Of a DNA stretch of 64,000 nt, positions 1 to 14,502 are shown in pieces. The stretch lies in the NCBI RefSeq assembly GCF_035084215.1, contig NC_090353.1, positions 13,082,001 to 13,146,000 on the forward strand, read 5' to 3'. Within the stretch, counting starts at the first letter, position 1. The number at the start of each line of letters is the position of its first letter. Made by a program: the position numbers and the translations under genes. Source of the DNA: Heptranchias perlo (Eukaryota). Under the pieces are notes generated by a model that saw only the letters and a program-made list of their open reading frames with translations, made no database searches and was not told the DNA's origin.

Positions 1-66
1 GACTGGCGGATCAGGCTTGAGGGGCCGTATGGCCTACTCCTGCTCCTATTTCTTATGTTCTTATGT
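1..66 (+). mobile_element. CR1-type LINE/SINE 3' tail
   Basis: GAGGGGCC..ATGGCCTACTCCTGCTCCTAT followed by TTCTTATG repeats, the same tail as at 4820-4862 and 16570-16608. Confidence 0.6.
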
Positions 67-3000
67 GAAGGAAGGCAGTCAGTTGCAGGCAAATGCAGCA
101 GCCATTTTTGTACACTGCAAGATCCCACAAATAACAATGAGATGAACAACCAGCTAATCTGTTTATGGTGGAATTGATTGATAAAAGCATGTTCACCAGG
201 GCAATTCCCTGCTCTTCTTGGCATAGTACTATGGGATCTTTCATGTCCACCTTAGCAGGTACAACAGCCATCTGCATATATGTCCAATATCATTGTCGAA
301 GCTGTGCCTCCATGAATGCAACAGCATTCCTCCACAGCTACCTTAATCTGCCTCATATCAAAAGAACTGGCAGGATAGATTCCAGTATTGGGCATCCCAA
401 CTTTTATTATCCCTTATGTGCAGGTGTGTTCAGTGGTGACAGTGCAAGGTGTGTATCTTCTACTCCCTTCTATGATTTTATTCTAAGTGGTTCCCCAGTG
501 GTTGGGTGGGTGGGGTGGTGAGAGGGAGGGAGGACGTTTAAAATGTAGTCACTTTTGCAATATAGGAAACGTGGCAGCCAATTTGTGCACAGCAAGGTTC
601 CACAAACAGCAATTAGATAATTGGGATAAGAAAGTGAGGTGGATGGGTGCTGGGTATCTGCTTCTAGAGATGGAGGTGGCCTTGTATCATGTTGTGTTGG
701 TCAATAGATAGCCCTGCAGCTACAGGTGCCAAACGTAACACATTTGCAGTCGTTTAAACAGGGCAGTAGGGTGATACAGTTCTGGCTTTGTCCTGAAAGA
801 CAACAGCATCATCAGTGCCTGCTCCTGCAGTCTCTCAGTGTGGCAGCAGACAACTGGGCAGCTACAAGGTTGTCAAAGCCCTGTCTTATCGGGTTCCCAC
901 CGATGATGAATGCAGAGAAGATTGGAGCCCAAGGTCTGTACAGCCCCAGACTGGAGTATTGATTAAAAAAGCTATGACTGAATTGAGACGTCAGCCAAAG
1001 AGAGCTCCGCTGCAGAGGGCACCGGAGTGACCAAGCTCTCCATGGTGGTCTACACTTTGGTCAGACGGTCATGCAGCACTGCACAGTTAATGGACTCTTC
1101 CATAGACACCCACAAACTGCTTTGCTCACTCAAATGAACTGCCGATGCCGAGTTACCAAACTGTGTTTGTGGGCAGGCCTTGTCAGCAAAGAGTCCCCTG
1201 GCTCAGCAGTAACTTTGGGCCCTTGAACTGACCCTCCATCTGGCAGTTTGCAGCTCCTTCTAATCCACCGGTAATTGCTCCTCACTGGTACTCTGCACTT
1301 CACCAAGTGCTGCCTCCTGCACCTCGATAACTCTTCCCCCTAGAGTGGGTGTAGGTGGGCTGGCCCTTGCCATTGTAAGAGTGAGTGGCACGGGGTACAG
1401 TGAGTTGTGTGGGTCGGAGCATGCATTGCCCTCTGGTGCTGCCTCTTCATGGGGATGAGAAGAACATAATTTTACAATGCTCCCAGCGAAACATCAATTC
1501 ACACACAGCTTACATGGCAAGATATTGTCACTGTTTGCCTGTGTTTCAATGGATGAATGAGTGAGCGAGTGAGTGACAAAAAAATAAAGAGCAAAGCGTG
1601 GTATCAGTCCTGAGGTGGGAGGTGTCCTTTGACCTCCCCTCCCCCACTCCCATTTTTTCAAATGCCTCCAGACAAGAAATCTGCAAAGATCTCTCCTCCC
1701 GGTGGGTGAAGAGTCTTCTGTTTGCTGTGCCCTCTCATAACTGCAGTTGCTGGTATTTGTTATGCTCAATAAATAGATAGAAAAGGGACTTATGGCCTGG
1801 CCTGTGAGGAAGATGAAAGGTTTGTGTCAACCATGAATGCAACCCAACACCTACTTTATGTGAGTCTGTGAACATGCAGCATGCAGTTAGCTTGTGTTGG
1901 CAGTATGCACGTGGGTTAGACCTTGTCACACCTCACGGGTAACACAGCAAACACATTGGCATGGCAGCACAACAAGAGTGGGCAACAAAATCATGGGTAG
2001 CCTGTGCATTGGGAAGTAAATAAGTAGTTGCCAGAATGCTGGTCATTCTCCCTCTGTGACCATGTACCAAGCTTACAGTGAGCATGCATTGTGAGGTAAC
2101 ATTGTAAAATGTGGCACGGTGCGACAACACTCGCCTTTCAGAGACCTGTAACTCCCTTGCGCACCTGCTCCCACGGCCTCTGGATAAGTGAAACAGCACT
2201 GACCCTTTCTATCACCTCCATTCCCTCTGGTCTTGCTCTACTCGTCACAGCAACAAAAATGCCATCCTCCTGGTCATCACCTCCTGCAGCAGGACGGCCA
2301 GAGTTTTACCTTAAAAATTGGCATTGCTGCAGCTATTTCTACCGCTCAACAGCAGGACAGCTTTATAGCAGCCAGCAGCCCTTTAAGAACTGTTGGTCCC
2401 AGATAGCCCACCTCTTGACTCCCCCCTCCCTCCCCCAACACGTTATTTGCAGGGAGCGGCGCGATAATCTGTTAATGAACTGACCTTGCATTAGGGTGTA
2501 TGGTCGTCTTATTGCAGTGCAGGTGCACACAGTGCCTCAAGATCAGCGGCCATGGAGCAACTGCATCTGGACCATTTTATTGGCCCCTGTATTCCAACAA
2601 TATCAACAAACCAAACATGGATTCCTGTTACACAGGGGCACAGGCATCTCGCACAGTAACCATTTTAAGAAATAACGGAACACAAAAATTTTAGTCCTCG
2701 CCCAATCCGTGTTACTGTGCTACACTTAGGGAAGGGCACAAAATGGCCACCAAGGTGAACACAGCCTGGGAGACCAGCTTGGAGGAATGGAATTTAAAGG
2801 CATCATTGCACCATCAGAATTTAAAATCTAGGTCATGACCTTCAGGCACTAATCACTCCGATCGCTGTCTCTTCATCCTAGGAAGATGTTGGCTAATTAA
2901 TTTGGTTCTCTGTATCGTGCTGAAGACCCAGAAGTACAGACAGGTTCATTAATCACTGTTAGCTGCTTCTGACTGATTTGCTAATTAAGGAGATCTTGCA

Positions 3001-3139
3001 TGTGGAATATATTTAGAACCTGCTAACAGATGCATTAGATCCCATCTTTTGGAAGTTGTATTACCGTATTGACTTGTAGATAGGCTGCACTTTTAATGCA
3101 AAATAATGGTTCAAATTGGCACAAAAAACTTACTCTCAT

Positions 3140-3555
3140 CTCACCTGATCCTTGCTGATTCAAATTGGCTCCATGTTCTCGAGTGCAATGACTTCAAAGG
3201 CCTCCTACCCTACAAATCCCTCTATGGCCTCACCCCTCCTTACCTCTACATCCAATCCTACACTGCCCTGCCCCACGCTTCAGTGTCTCAGCTCAGGTAG
3301 ATTACGTATTCCTCCTCACTCTACACTGCTGTCGTTGGCAGAGCGTTCAGTCATCTTACCCCCACACTCTGGAGCCCACCCCCTAAACCCACTTTACAAC
3401 ATCCCTCCCCACTTACAAAAGCCTCCTTAAAACTTAATTCTCTGTCGCGCCGTTGGTCACCTCTCCAAACCTGCCTGCCACTCCTGCTCAGGTCATGACC
3501 CCAAACACTGAAGCACCATGGGATGGTTTGCCTCGTTAAATAGGAGCTGTTATAG
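3140..3555 (+). mobile_element. Degenerate L2-type LINE 3' fragment
   Basis: Resembles the L2-type 3' segment at 15960-16298 (tacaaatccctctatggcctcacccctccttacctct ... ctccttaaaac). Confidence 0.45.
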
Positions 3556-4346
3556 GGGGTGCGGACTATACGTGAATAAATAGTAATTACCTTTTTCCCC
3601 AGGTGGGGGTGGGAGAGGGATAAGTTTAGGGTGCAGCCTACACCCAGGGGTGGCTTACAACCACGTAAATACAGCACCTAAATGTGTCATTTGTAGAAAG
3701 TGATTTATTTCCTTTTTTAAATTCTTATATCTCATTGCCTGAGGCGCTGACCCGTGCTGAGCTGCAGTTTCACCAGTGCGGAGAATCCTCTGGCCCAGGT
3801 GGCCATTCCCCATGCGCGACCCTAGACAGTATGTGCCAACAAATTACTCATCCGTGGGGTTTATCACAGCCAAGCCCGACTCTCCTCGCCATAAGTGCGC
3901 ACACATGCACTTTTTAAGCAAGAGTCACCAGGCAGCAACGAGGAGCAGGAAATCTGGCTATGATTTTTCCTACACCGAGCCCAGGAGAGCTGAGGCCAGC
4001 TATAGAGCCTGAACTGCTGCCCAGTGGAGACCAGGAACGGCTCCTAACACCTTCTTGGTGCAGTTATACACACTGTGGGTTTACCCACTGAGCCGTTTTG
4101 GATGATAAATAGATCAGGTCCACTCATGCTGCCCTCTACAGAATAGCACATTGCCCCTTACAGTTCAGGGCCACACATGAAGAATGGTCACTTAGGTGAG
4201 GTACCAGAGATGGGATCCTTGGGATTGTAACCCAGTCAGAGGCCGTACCTTTCACGGGTGGAGGAGAGGGAAAGTAATAGAGTCACGTGTGGCACATATA
4301 GTAGGGCCATGTCGGAGGATACTTCTGTTTGAAAGAAAGGAAGGAA

Positions 4347-4862
4347 GAACTTGCAGTGGAGTACTGTGTTCAATTCTGGGCTCCGCACCTTAGGAAGGAT
4401 ATATTGGCTTTGGAGGGAGTGCAGCGTAGATTTACTAGAATGATACCTGGACGCCAAGGGTTAAGTTACAAGGAGAGATTACACAAACTAGCATTGTATT
4501 TTCTGGAATTTAGAAGATTAAGGCGTGATTTGATCGAAGTTTTCAAGCTATTAAGGTGAACTGATAGGGTAGATAGAATCTATTTCCGTTGGTCGGGGAG
4601 TCTAGGACTAGAGAACATAGCCTAAAAATTAGAGCCAGAACTTTCAGGAGTGAAGTTAGGAAACACTTCTACACGCAAAGTTGATGCTAACGCAATTGTT
4701 AATTTTAAATCTGTGATTGATAGATTTTTGTTAACCAAAGGTATTAAGGGATATGGGGCTAAGGGGGGTATATGGAGTTAGGTCACAGATCAGCCATGAT
4801 CTCACTGAATGGCAGAACAGGCTAAAGGGGCTAAATGGCCTACTTCTGTTCCTATGTTCCTA
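4347..4862 (+). mobile_element. CR1 LINE 3' fragment (end of ORF2 plus 3'UTR)
   Basis: Translates EYCVQFWAPHLRKDILALEGVQRRFTRMIPG...RRLRRDLIEVFK and ends in TTCCTATG repeats. Confidence 0.9.
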
Positions 4863-5510
<648 letters not shown>

Positions 5511-5666
5511 TAAGTCCTGATGTACGGCAGACCTTTGGGGGAGGGGCTTCACAAAATGCATCTTCTCAGGGCAACTGTTTCATTTGTTTCTCTGGTTGAG
5601 GAAGAAATCAGGATAAGTAGCACATGTTCCGTGACTTACCAGGTGAAAGCTCTCTGCTGCTCCTTT

Positions 5667-6012
5667 CGCATCTTCCTCACTTCTCCCCTCCCCTCCTCTT
5701 CTCTCCCCTCTTTTCCTCTCTCCTCCCCTCCCATTGCCTCTCCTCTTTCCTTTCTTCTTCATTTTACCCTCCTCTCTTCCTCTTCTAGCTCCCCTCCCAT
5801 TCCCTCTCTTCTCCTCTCCCCTTCTTTCCTCCTCTCTCCTCCCCTCCCATTACCTCTTCTTTCCTCTCCTCTTCTCTCCCCTTCCCTCCCCTCCCCTCCT
5901 TTCTCCTCTTCCCTCCTTTCCTCTCTTCTCCTCTTTGCCCTCCACTCCTCTTCTCTACTCTCCTCTTTGCCCTCTTCTCTCCTCTCCTCCCATTCCCTCT
6001 TCTCTTCTCTAC
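5667..6012. repeat. CT-rich (polypyrimidine) low-complexity tract
   Basis: About 345 bp almost entirely C/T; explains the spurious S/P/L-rich and R/E/G-rich ORFs. Confidence 0.9.
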
Positions 6013-6386
6013 TGTCTGAGTGAACTGGCACAGTCCTCGAGCTGTTGCTTTCCCTGTATTGTATTTCTTTGCCAGCTGATCAGATTGGTACGAAATTTCC
6101 TTCTGCTTCACCTTAGACAAGGATTTAACTGTGAAGTCGTGTGATGACACCATGTCTGTCTGGCCGAGATTGCACAGCAGCACAAAGACACTGGATGTCT
6201 CTGTACTCACCACTCCAAGGGAAGGCAGAGTTTCTATTTTGGATTCCCTGGGTGACCCCCCCCAGCTCTTTCTTTTATGTTTCTGCTTCACTGGTTGCAA
6301 ACCTGTCGTCTCCCTGACTAGCTCAGCCCAATATTCTGACACACATGACAGCCTGTCTTAGAACCATGAGGAGCCCTGCCATCCAC

Positions 6387-6400
6387 GTTGCCGTAGCAAC
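6387..6400. promoter_or_regulatory. Candidate RFX X-box
   Basis: GTTGCCGTAGCAAC fits the near-palindromic X-box consensus GTTRCCnnRGYAAC. Confidence 0.4.
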
Positions 6401-6989
6401 CGTTAACAAAACGGGTGCCCTTTCTGACATGTAATGCATGTTATCATCTGATAAGGAGATCAACGTGGTTGCTTATAGCAGCGGTGTAATCAGCACGTCT
6501 CTGTTCCATTATAAATGGGTTATTCGCGAATTAAGAGCAGCCTGTTAGACATTGAATAGGGATAAAATGGCAATATGAATCGGCAATTACAATAACTATC
6601 AGCAGCAGCCCCCTTTGTGAGTCTGTGGATTAAATTAGGTAACTAAACTCGCTGAAATGCTTTGTACACAGCTGCCCTTTTATACTTGTCTGCCTTATCA
6701 CACGGTTGCAACATCTAAATAATGCCTTTTTATTGCTGCACTAGTTTAGCGTAGGCCCTTGTTTTGTCCTGTTTAAATCAGCAGTATTCCTTAATTGTTG
6801 TCATTGCAGTAAAATCACATCTATCTCAATTCTATCAATTAAATCATCTATTTAAAAAGTCTCCCGAGTTGCTAGCAGCAGTGCCTGGGAGATTCGTGTT
6901 CCATCCCGGGAGACTCCCAGACAATCCGGGAGGATTGGCGACCCGAGCTGAAGCAGAACTCTATGTCATCACAATCCTTATTGGATTTA

Positions 6990-7562
6990 TTAGTGACTCT
7001 TATATTTATGACTCCTAGTCTTGGACTCTTCCACAAGTAGAAACATCTTCTCTACGTCAACCCTATCAAACCCCTTCATAATTTTAAAGACCTCAATTAG
7101 GTCACCCCTCAGTCTTCTCTTTTGTAGAGAAAAAGGCATCAGCCTGTTCAGTCTTTCCTGATAGTTATAGCCTTTCAGTTCTGATATCATCTTTGTAAAT
7201 CTTTTTTGCACCTTCTCCAATGCCTCTATACCTTTTTTGTAATACAGAGGCCAGAACTGTGCATGGTACTCCAAGTGTGGTCTAACCAAGATTCTATACA
7301 AGTTTAGCATAACCTCTGCTTTTCAGTTCTCTTCCTCTAGAAATGAACCCCAGTGCTTTGTTTGCATTTTTATGGCCTTGTTAACCTGTGTTGCTACTTT
7401 TAGTGATTTGTATCCCTTTGCTCTTCTACCCCATTTAGACTTTTATGTTCCAAAGATTATGTGGCCTCCTTATTCTTCCTACCAAAATGCACCACCTCAC
7501 ATTAATCTAGATTGAAAATCATTTGCCATTTACGCGCCCATTCTGCAAGTTCATTAACATCT
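6990..7562 (-). mobile_element. CR1 LINE ORF2 fragment
   Basis: Translates LYRILVRPHLEYHAQFWPLYYKK...RLRGDLIEVFKIMKGFDRVD. Confidence 0.9.
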
Positions 7563-10130
7563 TAGAATTTAGAGTTTAGAATTTGTAAGTTAAGTAACAT
7601 GGGGCAGAAACCCAGGGGATCTGAGTTTCGCCCCACATTCTGAACCCCCACCCAGCCCGCCACAACTCTGCATGAATTCCACCCTGCAGGGGGTGGGGGG
7701 GGGGGAGCAGAATTTCCAGACAGAGGTGTATTTTAATTCCAGCTTGCTGTCTACTCTCTGCACTGTATTGATTTAAATTAAAATAAAAGTGATTTTCCAT
7801 TAGGCCTGTAGGAGCTCACTCCCGTTGCTAGGAACTGAATGGCTGTTTCGATGTTAATCTATATTTTTCTTCTTCTGATTGTATGAAGATAGATGGGTAG
7901 ATTGAACAAAAATCCATTGTACATTCCTGGTTGTACTGCTGCGAGCCATTGCGGTCAAGACAGATCTATTAAAAGTGAAATGGTATAGACAACCATTTCT
8001 TCACTTGCCGATCTGTTTATTAACAGCAATATTGTGTCATTTTCATGAAAGGGTTTGGGGGGGCAGGGTTGGATGGGCAGCGGGTTGGGCACTGATCATT
8101 CCTCTCTGGAACCTGACTTGAAATTCACCCACAACCTTCTGATTCTGAGACAGGAGAACTACAAATTGAGCCAAGCTGACACGGTTTACTGTGATGATGC
8201 CTTTATATAACAGGACAGCAGCAATGGGTTTCCACCCTCTCCCCTCATTGGCTGTATCCCTCAATGTAAATACCTCCAGGCTCAGCTGTACCCCTTGCTG
8301 GAATGCCCCCAGGCTTGGAGAACTAACACTATCGTAAACCCATGGAAATGTGGGCCTACGATAATGCTGTTGGATTAAGGGAGCTGGATTTCAGGAGCCA
8401 GTTCCCAATTATTCCATTGGTGCAGTACCTGGGTCTCTGCTTTGCACAATTCTGCAGATCCTGGAAATCTGAAAATAAAAATAGAAAAAGCTGGAAATAT
8501 TCAGCAGGTTAGGCAGCATCCGTGGAAAGACAACAATCAACGTTTCAGGCCTTTGGCCCTTCCTCAAGTACCATGTGATCTTTAACAACCACCTCAACTG
8601 CCAGGACAGACCGACAAGGCTTCGGTTTAATGTCTCATCTGAAAGACGGCACTTCCAACAATGCAGCACTTCCCCAGTGCTGCACCAGATTATCAATCCA
8701 GATGATGTGCTGGTGTGGGATTTTGAACCCAAACCTTCCAACTCCAAGGTGAGAGTGTTACCAATTAAAGCCAAGATTATATTGTACTGTGGAAGTGCCT
8801 TAAAAAGAATACCAGATTCATCACACCCCAGCACTCTGGTCTTATCCAGCATCCTGACTGTATCTCAGTATACCATCGTGTATTGTACTCATTACAAAGT
8901 GCAGCTCCTTATCCTGACTAATTAGAGTAGATTAGCCAAAGGCCAGTCTGCTGCTCTCCTGCCACAGCTTTTCCCGTACAATGCAGCATTCGCCTTTATG
9001 CTGCTACTTCTCTTTATCATGTATAAAACATCCTAATTGTGCATAATTGGCAAAAATTGCGAGCCCCTAGCCACGAAGCCTGTACTAATGAATTTAGTGC
9101 GATGTAAGTGGATTAATATATAATAGGGCTCCGACATAAGGCTTTGAATAGACGACCCTGTCCTTCTGGCTCTTAGGTTTTGTTCTGTGGCCTCTCCAGA
9201 GAATGTGAAAAACACAGTTCCAAAACCAGCCGTTAAGGTCCCCGCAAACACAAGCAGTTCTTGTTTTAGTCAAAAAAGGGTTTTGAATTATTCAGATTGC
9301 ATGTTGTTAATGTGTCATTGGGCTTCTCCGTTTCACCAGAGCCCCACCTCTTCTGTGGACCAATAGGATGATAATCTTGTTGTGGGTGGGGGGGGTAGTA
9401 ACTGTCCCCCTTTTTAATGGATTTCTACAGGTTGCAAGAGGAAAGAAAATGATAATCTATGAAATATTTTATCTGCTAAGTGCAGAGAGTCTGTTCAGAG
9501 AGGGCAAGAGCCCCTGTTTCAATAACTAACCCCACCAAAGAATGTTTCACTGTTACATCCTTATGGCTCCCCCGTACGTTCATTGGGTTAATGTACTGCC
9601 AGACAGTTCCTGGTTCAATACCCACTCTTTGCTGAGTTCATTGATCTAAGCACCCTTGGTCTAAGGAGGTGACAAAAATCAGCCAGCTTTCCTGCTCCTG
9701 ATCCAATGACCCCAGCAGGATTTGCAAATGTGTTGAGGCTGCTGACTCGAGCTTGGCTGCCACAGTCTAATCCCCTGCCAACAACATTCACTGTCTAGGT
9801 TTATGCATGAAGGATGGCCGCTCGGGGAAGATACCTGAAGGGGTTGTCAGTCTCTACGGAATGGTACCCCAGCAAGAGTCAGCATCCTCAGGAGAGGGGA
9901 AAGTGGTTTAAAAACTGGATTCCACAGTAAAACTAACCCCATCCTAACCCATGATGTCTAAAGAAGAGTGAGAGCAAAGATTGCAGTGATACCTCAGTAA
10001 GGGGGATAGTATTTCTCCCCTTCAGTTTTTTCTCCTCCTCTCCCGAAGCTGCTCTTCAGTACCTCAGTACCCAAGTGGGCACTTTTCGTGTGTGAGCTAA
10101 CACAGTGGGTTTCGGCAGGCTACTTGACTG

Positions 10131-10472
10131 TAGGGTTGCCAACTCTGGTTGGACGTATTCCTGGAGGCTTCATCACATGACCTCCTGCCTCCAACCGCCC
10201 CGCCCCCTCGCTCCCGCCATTGGTCGCCCAACACGTCTATCCTCACGGCGCACCACCTTCCCCCACCAATTGAAAAGCAAACAAACTCTTTGTTACCCGA
10301 TTGGATGATTCTTGGCTCTCAGTCAAACAGCCTTTTTTCCCATCTCTAGTATTTTTATAACTAATAAGTGAAAGTGTTCAAAGATAATGAAAAAAAATGC
10401 CCCCTATGATTTTTCTCCCTGGTTGCTCTCAGCAGTGATTAATCTTCAATTCCTGGAGGGCTGGCAACCCTA
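10131..10472 (+). mobile_element. Non-autonomous hAT-type MITE
   Basis: Terminal inverted repeats (TIRs) TAGGGTTGCCA / TGGCAACCCTA with a perfect 8-bp TSD CTTGACTG (10123-10130, 10473-10480). Confidence 0.85.
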
Positions 10473-12211
10473 CTTGACTGTAGGGAAAGAAGGACATCAC
10501 AGCTGAGCCTGACATCCACACATGTGCACTTTCCAACGGAGAGCGATCAGGAGCAAGAATTCACTCCCGAATCGAACAATTGAGGGGGACTGTATGAAAA
10601 CATTCTTATTATTTACTTTACGTTTTTGTTCTCTTCTGCATGAGAAAGTAAAACAGTCTGACTTTAGCCTCCAACCCTGGGGAACCATTTTGTTTGCCCT
10701 CCTCTGACGACATTCCAACATTTGCTTTCAAAGCTCCCGCGGTCCTAATGAGAATATAGCAGAGAAAATACAGGCAGAGGGAAATGGGATTATCCAGTGT
10801 GGAGAGTAGTCTGCGTATTGAGACACAGATAGACGTATTGTGACTGCTAAATGGATTAGGTAACACTGTATAGAAGGAGACCGAAGGGATCTCATTTTGA
10901 TGCATTTTAATATCCTCATGTTTTTCTGAGGGAAGAGTCTCCTCACCGGAGACAGGTTCTGTACTTTTAATGTTTCGAAGAGGTCAACGTTCGACAAATC
11001 CTAGTCATGAGACTTGCAGTCCATTCGAGCCAAGCACTTAAAGGTGGTTAAAAGCTAGGTCTGTTACGAGGGCCTCAGAGGACAACCGAGTGACATTAAG
11101 ATACCTTTTCTCCTCCCCTTCGCATCTTCTTTTCCACGTTTTTCTCTTTTCTTTTCTTTCCCTACATTGTTGTTTAATGGAGAGCTTTTGCTGCTACAGT
11201 GAATGCTGGAATAGCCCTCCTTCCATTGCGGTTGCCTACATCACAACAGTGACTACACTTCAAAAGCAATTAATTGGACGTGAAGCACTTTGCGATGTCC
11301 TGAGGATGTTAGAATGTGCTAAAATGAAACAAGTTCTTTCTTTCTCTAGTTTTCTCTGCTAAGAGCAACGCTGGGGATCACTAGCACCGTTCGTACGTGC
11401 ACGTGATCTCGTTCCCAAGGCAGGAGGCGGGTGTAAGTCTAACCAGATATGAGGGCGCTCCTAGGCCTTTGAGTACATTGGAATTTTCTCTTTTGCCGTG
11501 TGTAAGCCCATTGTACACACACTGTAAGAACAGAGCTGGTGATAGGGAGTCCTTTTCCAGGCCTCGCTTAAGTCAAATGTGTAAAAATAAAGTCTGCCTG
11601 TGGGTGAAAAAAGTAATTTGAGATTGTTGTTGGGCTGTATAGGCTCTCAAAGCTGCTAAGCCTCATTAACCAATGCACATGAAGTTCAAATTTGTGATTT
11701 GTGACCCACTCCAAATCATTTTTTGTAGAATGTGTCATTTTTAACAATATTGTGGTGTTCAAAGCTTTTACAACAGGCAGTTTTATTTCACCATCACCTT
11801 GTAGGTGCACCGTGTGTTAAAAATACAGTCTGCAAGCTCCCCCCCGCTCCCAACCGCCCTCCCCGGCACCCCCCACCACCGTGGTTCGGTGGGTAATTCA
11901 CTGCCCAGTGTGGTACTGAGCCACATAGTCCAGGAAGGTTCCAACCCTGGTTTGGACTGGGTTAGCCAGGGTGGCAGTAGGGACAATTGGCCTCAACGCC
12001 CTTGGGTTAGGGAGGGGAAAAATGAGCCCGGGTTCCTGCTTTCCCCACATAACAGCAATCACTGCTCTTCAGAATGGCTCATTATATATGTAATGCTTTA
12101 GGACATTTCTGCGAGATGAGATAAATTACTGCATAAAAGCAAAACTTTCCTTGTTCTGATCACTATCCATCGGCCCCTAGTAGGAAGTGGGCGTCTATGG
12201 ATGTGGGCCAA

Positions 12212-12578
12212 TGAAGTACTTTTGAATTGTAGAGCAGCCAATTTGCGCACAGCAAGGCCCCACAAACAGCAATGAAATATATGGCCAGATAATCTATTTT
12301 AATGATGTTGGTGGAGGGATAAATATTGGCCAGGATACCAGGGAGAATTCCCCTGCTCTTCTTTGAAATAGTGCCATGGGATCTTTTACATCCATCTGAA
12401 AGAGCAGACATGGCCTGGGTTTAATATCTTATCCAAAAGATGGCATCTCTGACAGTGCAGCACTCCCTCAGTACTGAACTGGAGTATAGATTACATGCTT
12501 AAGTCTCTGGAGTGGGACTTGAACCCACAACCTTCTGACTCAGAGGCAAGAGCGTTACCACTGAGCCACAACTGACAT
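12212..12578 (-). mobile_element. Near full-length DeuSINE-like SINE
   Basis: On the - strand: a tRNA-like head (GGCTCAGTGGTAACGCTC...GGTTCAAGTCCC) and the central domain GAGGGAGTGCTGCACTGTCAGAGATGCC...AAAAGATCCCATGGCACTATTTC. Confidence 0.75.
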
Positions 12579-14127
12579 GGAAGTGATTCTACTATCTCCC
12601 TGATCTGTATAGCTCAGTACAACTCAGGGCATTGTCCTTACCCATCGAGCCATTCTCGCAGTCTAATGAACAGCTTTTATTGAACGGCTAACTGGACTGT
12701 CGAAAGGTGCTTTGCAAAGTGGCTGCTTCACTTCATCTACAGTTGGTCCAAGTGCAACATTTTTTCGTTAAGTCAGAACTGGGCTGGTTGGCCCCTTCCT
12801 CACTCCAACCCACTCACACATTTTGCTTCAACCTCTCAAAGCAGCATTGGAAAGACCCCTGGGGAGGACCAGTCCCATTCAGAAGGTCAGTTATCATTTA
12901 TCAGTAAGCAGTTTTCTCACTTAGAAACAAATGAAGTTCCCCGGACCTTCCTGACGGCCACATTGCTGCCAGTATGACCAGCTGCCATATGTGGTATAAG
13001 GAACTATCACAATTAATTACTTTAATCAATATTCAGGTTAGTAAGGAAGATGGTATGAGAGGGAGATTTCCCCACTTAAGAAAATTGAGCTGTATCTGTT
13101 AACATATAATTTCAAAGCCATGTTACAGTTAATTAGGAGGCAGCATGTTCTTATAACACATCAGCAGCATATCCCGTAGGCTAGTTCATCTGCATTGCCT
13201 TGAGGGTAAATGAACCATATGAGGTCTGAAGTATTTAAGCATCCATCTGCTAGGCATTACAGGGTTACTATATGGTACAGGTCTACAAATGAATAATTGG
13301 CCACTAAGTCATTGCATATATCTAGGTCTCTGTCTGTCCCAGTGATTAATGGGGATGGGTCATGGATAACTTACAAGGCCTGTGAGAGACTTTAGGTCAC
13401 TCTCCTTGTCTGCTAGAAAAGGAGAATCTATTTCTCCTCCTCCGTTTTTTTCCTTCTGTCCTTGGGTATGACTGCACAGGTTCTCGCTGTTCTTTGGTAC
13501 CTCAGTCAAGAGAGATTCAGGGCAGTTTTACAATACTGGAGTGTTTGACACTACTGAACATTTTACACTAGGTAGCCACACAGTTCTTTCTCTTGTCTGC
13601 ATTCCTTAGTTTAAACAGCCCAACATTCAGGGAATTAATGGTATCACAGAACCAGAAAATGTGCATGTATGAAGTCTGATGTAAGGTTACAGCCAACTGT
13701 CCCTATAAATGCCAGGAATCAGTCCCCTCACCCTTTCACTCAATAGCAACCACATGTCCCTATTACATAGCAGAGCCCAGCAGCATTACTCAGACTGGCC
13801 CTCAACTGGGGAGGGGGGCCGAGCACCATATGGAGTGGTTCTCCTGATTCAGGAACAATTACAACAGGAAATGGTGTTTTGTGCGTGCCTTGTGTTTTGT
13901 TGTATCTTTGTTGTGGGAGGAGGCGTTTAGACTTTCCATAGACCCAAAACCAAAATATCAGGGTGAGATGGCCCATTAAGCCTGTGTGGAATATTTCATC
14001 TTCATATCATTCAGCTTAATCTATATTGCCGCTGGTTCTGATGGCTGGCTTTGAAGGAACTGAGGCTTTGTAGAATTAGTACCAATGGATTATTGACAAA
14101 ACCATTTTGTACCATATGCTCCTTCTG

Positions 14128-14502
14128 TAGGGTTGCCAACCCCTCCAGGAATCAAAGATTAATCTCCAGAACACTCCAGCGAGCAGTCCTGGAGAAAAAG
14201 CACAGGGGCATTAAATAAATTGTGTTTTTGTTTCCATTTTCTTTGAACACTTTCGTTTATTAATTATAAAAATATTGCAAATGATGGGGGGGAATGGCTG
14301 CTTGATTGACAGTCAAGAATCATCCAATTGGGTAACGAAGCGTCTGTTCGGTTTCCAATTGATGAGGGGAAGGCGGAGGGGGGCAGCGCGAGAATGGACG
14401 TGTCGGGCGACCAATGGTGGGAGCGTAGGGGCGAGGCAGGGGCGATTGGAGGTCATGTGATGAAATCTCCTGGAATATGTCCAACCAGAGTTGGCAACCC
14501 TA
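14128..14502 (-). mobile_element. hAT-type MITE, same family as 10131-10472, opposite orientation
   Basis: TIRs TAGGGTTGCCAAC / GTTGGCAACCCTA; TSD TCCTTCTG/CCCTTCTG (7 of 8 identical). Confidence 0.85.

Noticed and set aside
5520-6342. Long ORFs of 136-185 aa on both strands
   Set aside because: They are translations of a CT-rich low-complexity tract.
12480-12578. tRNA gene
   Set aside because: The A/B-box-like sequence is the head of a SINE and no complete cloverleaf is evident.
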